A DNA stretch of 10,388 nucleotides from contig JBNJGH010000112.1 of assembly GCA_051747585.1 (NCBI GenBank), positions 1 to 10,388 on the forward strand, in the 5' to 3' direction. Below the pieces are notes generated by a model, which was given only the letters and a program-made list of their open reading frames with translations, was not told the DNA's origin and made no database searches. This document shows positions 1-5,949 of the stretch, in pieces. How positions within the stretch are numbered: position 1 is the stretch's first letter; each line of letters opens with the position of its first letter. Both the position numbers and the translations under genes were made by a program. The DNA is from Candidatus Rifleibacteriota bacterium. GTDB taxonomy: Bacteria > Muiribacteriota > Ozemobacteria > Ozemobacterales > Ozemobacteraceae.

Positions 1-123
1 GAAAGAAGCGTTTTGTTGCTCGGCATAAAGCGGGCTTAAAACCAATACCAGAAAAAGAAGCAATGCCGCTATTGCTATCTGTAATGACTGCATGCGAAAT
101 GAGAAAGAACTTATCCTTTGCAA
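1..123 (-). CDS. 5' end of a putative secreted/exported protein (partial, runs off the window)
   Basis: Manual translation from TTG at 123 (alternative ATG at 93): MQRISSFSFRMQSLQIAIAALLLFLVLVLSPLYAEQQNASF..., open to the window edge. It has a basic N-region, a hydrophobic h-region and an L-Y-A|E cleavage-like site. A G-rich SD-like tract (AAGGTGGGTAGGG) lies upstream. Not in the ORF track. Confidence 0.65.
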   Translation of the reverse strand, partial: MQRISSFSFRMQSLQIAIAALLLFLVLVLSPLYAEQQNASF

Positions 124-202
124 TTACCCTACCCACCTTATGTATTTCGTTAAAAAATACAACTTTTTCTTCGGTTTCAAAAAAAACTGCAACCTCTCTA
201 AA

Positions 203-1579
203 TTAATACGTTTTTTTTCTCTTTTTTGTGGCAATAAATTTTAAATTTTTAAAATCGTCAGTCTTAATTTTAAGCAAATAAAACAAAAGCAGCAAGCCAA
301 TTCCTTTAAATAATGAAGACAAACTTATAGCCCACCAGATGCCTTTAACCCCCATTTCAAATTTATAAGCCAGAAGCCATGCCAGAGGAATTCTACCCAC
401 AGTGAAAGGGATAGTAATGAAAAGGGTCGGATAAGTAATGCCCAGGCCGGTAAATACTCCGCCAAGCACCATTTCCCACCCCATAAAAACTTCCAGCAAA
501 CCAATAATAAATAAATATTCTGCTCCATGGGAAATAAGAAGAGGATCATCAGTCATCAACGCCATAAGCTCATGGGGAAATAAAATAAACAAAATAATAT
601 ACGGAAATAGAATTATGGAAGATATACGCAATCCCGCGGCAAGAACACGGCTTATATCATCAACCGCCCTTCTTCCTACGGAATTACCAACAAGTGAAGT
701 CATGGCAATGCCAAAAGCCATGGCAGTGAAATAAGGCACACTTTCGAGGCGGTGACATATTCCAACTGCCGAAAGCGGAGTCATGCCAAAAGGGGTAATA
801 AGCCTGGTCAAAAAAGGATAAACCAGTGACCAGATACAGCCGGTTACAGCATTTGGCAAACCAATCTTGATAACTGCGGGATAATAATAAGTTTTAAATT
901 GAAGAAATTTAATCAGTGGCGGAATATAGGATCTTTTTCGCAAAACAATCAGGCGCAAAACCAGAGAGAGAAAATGACTCAAAACCGTTGCCATGGCTGC
1001 TCCGGCACTGCTCATTTCCGGAAAACCATACCAGCCGAACATCAATACGGGGTCAAGAACAACATTTACAACAAGACAGCAAATCATAATGGCATTACTG
1101 ATTTTGTTATCACCGTAAGCATTAAAAATGTTGCCCGCAAGCATATCAAGAAAAATCAGTGGGAAACCATAAAGAATAATGCTGAAATAATTAACAGCAA
1201 GCTCGAGAGTAAAAGGATCTAGTCCCATCCAGTGGAATGGGCGACGAATAAGCGGCAACAAAATACCGCTTATAATAACCGCCATAAAAAGACTCAGCCA
1301 GGTTGACTGGGTAATGGCCTGCCAGGCGTATCTTCTTTTGCCGGCACCATTGAATTGAGCCACCAGAGAAGCGCAACCTGAGCCGGTTACCTGCATAAAC
1401 GAATAAAGAGCCCAGACTATAAAACCTGCTGAAGCCACCCCGGCAACAGCTTTGGTTCCAAGCTTTTCTATCCAGTAAATATCGACAATATCAAAAAGGA
1501 TCAAACCAACAAAGCCGGCCATAGCCGGCAATGAGATGGAAAATACTTTTTTGAATATTTCTTTATCTAAAAGCTGCAT
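203..1579 (-). CDS. MATE family efflux transporter
   Basis: 458 aa, about 12 hydrophobic segments in two repeats. MATE-typical motifs: SLPAM, IVDIYWIEKLGTKAVAGV, SLVAQFNGAG, NVVLDPVLMFGWYGFPEM, LVGNSVG, MGVKGIWWA. Starts 3 nt after the upstream stop. Confidence 0.93.
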   Translation of the reverse strand: MQLLDKEIFKKVFSISLPAMAGFVGLILFDIVDIYWIEKLGTKAVAGVASAGFIVWALYSFMQVTGSGCASLVAQFNGAGKRRYAWQAITQSTWLSLFMAVIISGILLPLIRRPFHWMGLDPFTLELAVNYFSIILYGFPLIFLDMLAGNIFNAYGDNKISNAIMICCLVVNVVLDPVLMFGWYGFPEMSSAGAAMATVLSHFLSLVLRLIVLRKRSYIPPLIKFLQFKTYYYPAVIKIGLPNAVTGCIWSLVYPFLTRLITPFGMTPLSAVGICHRLESVPYFTAMAFGIAMTSLVGNSVGRRAVDDISRVLAAGLRISSIILFPYIILFILFPHELMALMTDDPLLISHGAEYLFIIGLLEVFMGWEMVLGGVFTGLGITYPTLFITIPFTVGRIPLAWLLAYKFEMGVKGIWWAISLSSLFKGIGLLLLFYLLKIKTDDFKNLKFIATKKRKKTY

Positions 1580-1582
1580 TCA

Positions 1583-2956
1583 TTAGAACGAATCGGCGCT
1601 GTCGGTAATTTTAACCTTTTCAGCTACCAGATATCGGGGTACCGAATAAGCAACAGGCATTCTTCTGTCATAGGTATTGGAAAGGTTTACAGAGCTACTC
1701 TGCGAAGAAATACGAGTTATATGAGAAAACACATTGGAAAATGAGTCGGTTACTCTTGAAGAGAAAATCGGGCCACTTATTTTGCCTTTTTCAATCAAAA
1801 CAGCGTTAAACCTGGAGCTTCCGGTAAAAATACCCTGAGCCGGATTAGGTATGTTGAGGTAATGTAATGCAGGAATAAAAAGAACCTTATCATAGTCTTT
1901 AACTGCTTCAAGTATATCTGCGGCATCGTTGCCGCCATGCATTACCAGGCTTACAGAACCAATGGTATGACCGGTTAGCGGCTTGTTAAATCTGGCCGCA
2001 GTAGAGCTGTCATACATCAAGCCTTTGAGCACGCCATTTTCGATGACGGGAAACCTTTTTCGTTCTGAACCGTCAAAATCAAAACCAAAGCGGAAAGTTA
2101 AATCATTTGCCGGATCATCGGTAACAGAAAAATTATCTCCAAGAATTTTATCGCCGGGCTTTTTGTCAGAAGTCCAACCCTGTTTTTCTTCCCAGCTTCG
2201 ACCACCGAGTCCGGTATATTTTGCCATCATTAAAACTTCTGCAAGAGCCTGATGACCAAATGCTACCGTATATTCTCCGGGTTCAAGCTTTACTCCCGGA
2301 ATTTCTTCATAAATTGCAAGAAGATTGTTAAAGTTGGTAATTGCCTGCTCAGCGTTGAAAGCTTCTTTTTTCCAGCCTGATTGTTTTTCTATTAATTCCC
2401 ATTTTTTTTCGGGGTGTTTTAAAACAATATTGAAGTCCTGATCGGTACTTAGATGGCATGCTTCATTTTTATTCTCAGTAGTAATAAGATAAATTTCTAC
2501 CGAGCCACTGGACCAGGAACCGGAATAATTGTATTTTTCGCCAAGGGTATTAATGATTTTTTTATAGTTTTCGGCTTTAAAAGCCGGGTCCAGCTGCTCA
2601 AGCTCTTTATCATACTGGCTGTTTTCATCAATTTGTTTTTGAATTATCGGAATTATGGGCTTATAGCTTTTATCGCTTGCTACCGCGCATTTTTCAACGG
2701 CCAGGTCAAGAGCTTTCTGCACATAATCAACCGAGCTGATGTCTCCCATCTGGGTATGGGTGCCGGTTTTGTTTTGTTCAAAAACTTCTATATCGAGACG
2801 GGTTAAGTTTTCTGATGTATTTAAAGATACAGAGTTGTTTCCTATTCTCATTAAGTGACTTTTTTCGCGATGAAAACAAAAAGAGGCACAAATATTGTTT
2901 TCAGCTGCTTTATCTCTAACCTGACAAAGTATATCTCTTATTTTTTGATCTATCAT
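1583..2956 (-). CDS. TldE/PmbA-family protein (non-catalytic partner of TldD)
   Basis: 457 aa, 4 nt downstream of tldD. Family motifs: LEPGEYTV, SVTDDP, FDFDG, VIENGVLKG, IEKGKI, VP-x-L-x-x-x-x-V-x-IT at the C-terminus. It lacks the HExxxH zinc motif, as expected for the TldE-type subunit. Confidence 0.85.
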   Translation of the reverse strand: MIDQKIRDILCQVRDKAAENNICASFCFHREKSHLMRIGNNSVSLNTSENLTRLDIEVFEQNKTGTHTQMGDISSVDYVQKALDLAVEKCAVASDKSYKPIIPIIQKQIDENSQYDKELEQLDPAFKAENYKKIINTLGEKYNYSGSWSSGSVEIYLITTENKNEACHLSTDQDFNIVLKHPEKKWELIEKQSGWKKEAFNAEQAITNFNNLLAIYEEIPGVKLEPGEYTVAFGHQALAEVLMMAKYTGLGGRSWEEKQGWTSDKKPGDKILGDNFSVTDDPANDLTFRFGFDFDGSERKRFPVIENGVLKGLMYDSSTAARFNKPLTGHTIGSVSLVMHGGNDAADILEAVKDYDKVLFIPALHYLNIPNPAQGIFTGSSRFNAVLIEKGKISGPIFSSRVTDSFSNVFSHITRISSQSSSVNLSNTYDRRMPVAYSVPRYLVAEKVKITDSADSF

Positions 2957-2960
2957 TTTT

Positions 2961-4448
2961 CTACTTCCTTTCTCCGGTTATAACGTTGTCGAAGCGAATT
3001 ACAGGAACCCCGTGAGCAAGCTGCATTATTTGATTGGGTTCACCTTTTCCGCAATTATCTACCTGCATAACCTGCCAGGTAGACTTATCGCCAACCGCTG
3101 AAAGAGATTTGTAAAATTCCACGGTATGACCTTGATAAGAAGGATTTTTTAAAACTCTCGTTTTTTTACCGTTTTTAACTTCCCAGGCAATTTCAGAACT
3201 GAAATGAAAATGTTCTCGGTTTGATCCGATTGACCAGGATACGGGGTTATCGAGAATGACACCATCTCCGGTGTCGGCAATAATGTCTTCGAGACTGCCA
3301 TCCTGCCCGGGTAGTATGTTGACATTGGTCATGCGATCTATGGGGGCACGATAAAAAGCAGTAGCCCGGGAACAACCGCCGCTTATATCTTCAAACACTT
3401 CCCTACCGGCGGTTTCGTTTGCTTCTTTAATCATTGATCTGGAAGTAAGAGCATTAACCAGCAAACCATTTTCGATAAGCATATAGTCACGTTCCGGTGA
3501 GCCTTCATCGTCGTAGCCTATTGAACCGGGAGAATTCCTGATATCGCCAAAGGCACTGACATTTAATTTTTTGCTGCCATACTGAAGTTTTCCAAAAGAA
3601 TCGAGATTAACAAAAGAGCCACCTGCGTATGAAAGCTCGTAACCCAGAATGCGATCGAGTTCAAGGGGGTGGCCTATTGTTTCGTGCACTTGCAGGAACG
3701 CCTGACCTGGTAGCAAAATTACCGAACGTTTGCCATACTCAAGCTCGTCGGCCTCGATAAGTTGACCAAGTTCTTCTTTTATTCTTTTACTATGTCCGGC
3801 AAAAAGATCTGAATCGGTGAGCATTTCATAACCTCTTGTGCCATCGCCGGGAGTAAACAAATCATGGCTTCGGCGTTGCATTTTGCCTTCGTTATCGAGG
3901 GCCATAATCATCATTTTTGCAAAAACATTAGTAATATTTTTTTCTACCTCGGTGCCCTCGGAGTTAAAGAAGAAGCTGTTTTTCTTCTGGAATTCGGCAT
4001 AAACAAAACGTTTTGCTATCCAGTCTTCTTTGAGGTTTTCATCTATATTTGCAAGAAAATCGAGCTTTTCTTTTAATGGAACTTCGAAAGGATCGATCTT
4101 AACCGGTGATGAATAGCTGCCCTGATGAGCGGGTTTGCTGCCCATACTCATAGGAATACGAACAAGTTTGGAGGCTGTCATTGCGTTATTGTAAGCAAGT
4201 TCGAAGCAAGATTGAATTTCGTCGGGATTACTGGTAGCAGCAAAGCCCCAGGCTCCTCCGTAAAGAACTCTTACGCCAAGGCCACTCTCAAAAGAAGAGT
4301 CGTTTGCCTCGAGGTTTCCATCGTAGTATAAAAGAGTTTCGCTGTCGTCGTGGGTGTAGAACCGTGCATCAACATATTCTGCACCTTTATTTTTAACAGA
4401 CTTTATATTCTTGTTTATAGCAATTTTAATCTCATCAGAGATATTCAT
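2961..4448 (-). CDS. tldD: TldD-family metalloprotease
   Basis: Contains GAEYVDAR, GLGVRVLYGGAWGFAAT, the zinc motif HETIGHPLELDR, GYDDEG, PIDRMTN and the C-terminal CGKGEP with its Cys ligand. Start moved from TTG 4514 to ATG 4448, which has an SD (AAGGTGA) just upstream. Confidence 0.93.
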   Translation of the reverse strand: MNISDEIKIAINKNIKSVKNKGAEYVDARFYTHDDSETLLYYDGNLEANDSSFESGLGVRVLYGGAWGFAATSNPDEIQSCFELAYNNAMTASKLVRIPMSMGSKPAHQGSYSSPVKIDPFEVPLKEKLDFLANIDENLKEDWIAKRFVYAEFQKKNSFFFNSEGTEVEKNITNVFAKMMIMALDNEGKMQRRSHDLFTPGDGTRGYEMLTDSDLFAGHSKRIKEELGQLIEADELEYGKRSVILLPGQAFLQVHETIGHPLELDRILGYELSYAGGSFVNLDSFGKLQYGSKKLNVSAFGDIRNSPGSIGYDDEGSPERDYMLIENGLLVNALTSRSMIKEANETAGREVFEDISGGCSRATAFYRAPIDRMTNVNILPGQDGSLEDIIADTGDGVILDNPVSWSIGSNREHFHFSSEIAWEVKNGKKTRVLKNPSYQGHTVEFYKSLSAVGDKSTWQVMQVDNCGKGEPNQIMQLAHGVPVIRFDNVITGERK

Positions 4449-4485
4449 TTTTATCACCTTTCCCTGAAATTTTCTTTTGCCGGCT

Positions 4486-4514
4486 ATAATACAACAATTG
4501 CGGCTAAACGGCAA
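4486..4514 (-). promoter_or_regulatory. Putative sigma70-type promoter for the tldD operon
   Basis: Minus strand reads TTGCCG (4514-4509), 17-nt spacer, TATTAT (4491-4486), about 38 nt upstream of the ATG at 4448. Confidence 0.55.
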
Positions 4515-4580
4515 AAAAAAGATTGTGGATTTAGCAATTCTCTGTCAGCGACTAACAACTCGTTTCAGAAAAGAATTTGC

Positions 4581-4640
4581 CTCACACCAAGCCTCAAAGG
4601 ACAAAGAAAATAACCACAGAGCTCTCAGAGTTACACAGAG
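4581..4640 (+). repeat. Degenerate short tandem units (CACCAAG/CAAAG/CAAAG, then CACAGAG/CTCAGAG/CACAGAG)
   Basis: ctcacaccaagcctcaaaggacaaag (4581-4606) and accacagag-ctctcagag-ttacacagag (4613-4640) show 7-10 nt periodicity. From memory they resemble intergenic ACCACAGAG..CACAGAG-type repeats; not verified. Confidence 0.5.
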
Positions 4641-4804
4641 AAATCTTTTTCAGCCTTTGTTCCTTTTACCAATAACCTCCCGAAAAAGCACTGGTGCTTT
4701 TCCGGAAGGTTATTGGTAAAAGGAAAGCCGGGCGGTGAAACCGCCGGCTGATTGTCCCAAGGACAATCCACGGCTGGAAAAGATTTAAAAATCAGCTCCG
4801 TGGT
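4613..4804. repeat. Nested inverted-repeat element (MITE/REPIN-like or structured ncRNA)
   Basis: Outer IR 4613-4623/4794-4804 (10/11). Inner IR 4641-4655/4772-4786 (14/15). These enclose three hairpins: 4660-4691/4694-4725 (30/32), 4726-4749 (core GGCGGT-GAA-ACCGCC) and 4750-4768 (GATTGTCC-CAA-GGACAATC). Confidence 0.85.
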
Positions 4805-4817
4805 GAAAATTCGATAT

Positions 4818-4848
4818 TTGACAGAAAGAAATAAAAGCAAAATACAAT
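4818..4848 (+). promoter_or_regulatory. Putative sigma70-type promoter for the vapB-like gene
   Basis: Perfect TTGACA (4818-4823) and TACAAT (4843-4848), but the spacer is a suboptimal 19 nt. A strong SD (AGAGGAG, 4865-4871) precedes the ATG at 4880. Confidence 0.4.
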
Positions 4849-4879
4849 GCATAAAATTATAAAAAGAGGAGAAAATATT

Positions 4880-5059
4880 ATGAGAACTACTTTAGACCTT
4901 CCTGAAAGTTTAATAGAAAAGGCGATGAGTATTACACATGCAAAGACAAAGACGGAATAAATAAAGCTGGCACTGGAAAATTTAATAAATCAGGAAAAAA
5001 GAAAAAATATAAGAAAATATCATGGAAAAATTGATCTGGAAATAGAGTCTGCCGGGTAA
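4880..5059 (+). pseudogene. vapB: VapB-family (DUF2191-like) type II antitoxin pseudogene
   Basis: Manual translation: MRTTLDLPESLIEKAMSITHAKTKTE*IKLALENLINQEKRKNIRKYHGKIDLEIESAG*. The MRTTLDLP...AM...AKTKTE...ALE.L...GK.DL pattern is typical of this antitoxin family. In-frame TAA at 4958-4960. Strong SD. Not in the ORF track. Confidence 0.85.
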
Positions 5060-5061
5060 GA

Positions 5062-5112
5062 GGTCGCTTCGACATTTTGACTTCGTTCAGTATAAGCTTC
5101 GCTCAGGAACCG
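5062..5112. repeat. REP-like palindromic element of the TTCGAC..CGCTCAG type, with a nested degenerate copy
   Basis: ggtcgCTTCGAC-[attttgacttcgttcagtataag]-CTTCGCTCAGGAACC. The outer parts match the reverse complement of 5881-5901 (CTTCGACTACGCTCAGGGACC). The insert is itself a decayed TTCGACTTCGCTCAG unit. Confidence 0.75.
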
Positions 5113-5121
5113 ATCTGTCAT

Positions 5122-5592
5122 TTAATAACTTTGTAAATTGTATGACATTATGTTTACGTTTTCGCCATGGTATTGAACTGTTTCGATGGTTTTCCAGCCC
5201 ATATTTTTATAAAAATGGGCTCTATCAGGTGTGTAGAGATACATATTTTTGCTGCCGGATTGTTTTGTATGCTGCATTACTTTATGCACAAGATTTCTGC
5301 CTATGCTTTGATGACGAAATTCTGGTAAAACAAAAACACTTGCCAGCCAGGGATATAATTCCGGCTTTGTATCCATATCGCTTTCGAGAACTGAAGCGCA
5401 GCCAACCGGCTTTTCATCGGCAAAAGCAACAAAGGTTTGAGGAACGGAATCTTTATTGAGATGTGTTTCGAGTTCTCTGGCTCGATCGCTCAGTGGACGT
5501 TGAGGATTCAAATATGACCATTGGTTGTGATGCCATTCTGCGAGAAGATCAATATATTGCGGGCATTGTTTTAAATTTTTAATAGTAATCAT
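5122..5592 (-). CDS. GNAT family N-acetyltransferase
   Basis: About 156 aa with TFVAFADEKPVGCASV, PWLASVFVLPEFRHQSIGRNLV (acetyl-CoA-binding motif A, R-x-x-S-x-G variant) and LYT...FYKNMGW. Start is either ATG 5592 or GTG 5601; the SD is weak. Confidence 0.9.
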   Translation of the reverse strand: MITIKNLKQCPQYIDLLAEWHHNQWSYLNPQRPLSDRARELETHLNKDSVPQTFVAFADEKPVGCASVLESDMDTKPELYPWLASVFVLPEFRHQSIGRNLVHKVMQHTKQSGSKNMYLYTPDRAHFYKNMGWKTIETVQYHGENVNIMSYNLQSY

Positions 5593-5694
5593 AAAAAGCA
5601 CTTTATATTTTTTATTTTAAAACCTCAACGATTAATTTTTAACCTGAAATAATACTTATTTTTTTAACAAGAACCTAAGAAACAACGACCATCA

Positions 5695-5721
5695 TGGATT
5701 CCCGAACCGGTCAGGAATGAC
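5695..5721. repeat. Palindromic element TGGATTCC-N11-GGAATGAC (dRS3/RPE-like half element)
   Basis: TGG-ATTCCCGA-accgg-TCAGGAAT-GAC, with a 7/8 bp stem. The ATTCC...GGAAT core resembles the Neisseria dRS3 pattern ATTCCC-N8-GGGAAT. Confidence 0.7.
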
Positions 5722-5774
5722 GAAAACAGGGCCTACAAAATTCATAAAATAATTTTTACAGTTTTTATTTGTAG

Positions 5775-5808
5775 CATCAGGATTTCTTTTGAGGCAAGAA
5801 TTCTGATG
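5775..5808. repeat. Imperfect hairpin
   Basis: CATCAGGATTTCTT (5775-5788) pairs with AAGAATTCTGATG (5796-5808), with one G-T pair and one bulge. Confidence 0.45.
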
Positions 5809-5828
5809 GAAACATCGTTAATTATCTT

Positions 5829-5871
5829 AGATTGCTTCGTCGTTCTGCTTCGCAGGACTCCTCGCAATGAC
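5829..5871. repeat. Palindromic element AGATTGCTTCGTCG...CTCCTCGCAATGAC (RPE/REP-like half element)
   Basis: Outer ATTGC (5831-5835)/GCAAT (5864-5868). Inner hairpin GTTCTGC-TTC-GCAGGAC (5842-5858). Ends in AATGAC, like 5695-5721. Confidence 0.75.
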
Positions 5872-5880
5872 ACCCTAAGC

Positions 5881-5949
5881 GGTCCCTGAGCGTAGTCGAA
5901 GGGACTATGGAACTATTCAACCGGTGGTTTCGACTGACGCTCAACCACC
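5881..5949. repeat. Paired (head-to-head) REP-like element, TGAGCGTAGTCGAA / TTCGACTGACGCTCA
   Basis: The left half is closed by GTCCCT/AGGGAC (5882-5887/5900-5905) and the right half by GGTGGTT/AACCACC (5923-5929/5943-5949). The cores 5887-5900 and 5929-5943 are complementary with one bulge. A T-run follows at 5956-5961. Confidence 0.8.

Noticed and set aside
141..161. TGTATTT-N7-AAATACA inverted repeat upstream of the secreted-protein gene
   Set aside because: A 7-bp AT-rich palindrome is expected by chance at this base composition. It could be an operator, but nothing else supports that.
325..4331. Short antisense or alternate-frame ORFs inside MATE, tldE and tldD
   Set aside because: They are fully nested in well-supported genes and have no recognisable motifs; they are shadow ORFs.
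4449..4514. N-terminal extension of TldD from TTG 4514
   Set aside because: The TTG coincides with the predicted -35 box. ATG 4448 has a good SD and gives a typical TldD N-terminus.
4550..4570. GACTAACAACTCGTTTCAG resembles the left end (R''/L'') of an integron attC site
   Set aside because: It fits RYYYAAC imperfectly, I found no complementary GTTRRRY end at a suitable distance, no gene ends just upstream on that strand, and there is no integrase in the window.
4641..4786. tRNA, tmRNA or known riboswitch suggested by the cloverleaf-like fold
   Set aside because: Arm lengths (32, ~10, 8 bp) and 2-4 nt loops do not fit a tRNA. There is no T-loop or anticodon loop, and no riboswitch consensus that I recognise.
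4350..4852. ORFs 4350..4613 (+), 4477..4719 (+) and 4631..4852 (-)
   Set aside because: They overlap the tldD start/promoter or run through the palindromic element, have no convincing SD and show no protein-like motifs.
4958..4960. Programmed read-through or alternative genetic code in vapB
   Set aside because: TAA terminates the MATE, tldE and GNAT genes in this window, and TAG and TGA are also used as stops. A nonsense mutation or sequencing error is simpler.
5142..5459. Plus-strand 105-aa ORF as the missing VapC toxin
   Set aside because: It is antisense to the GNAT, lacks the PIN-domain acidic motif (e.g. an N-terminal DTS/DTN), and is not coupled to vapB.
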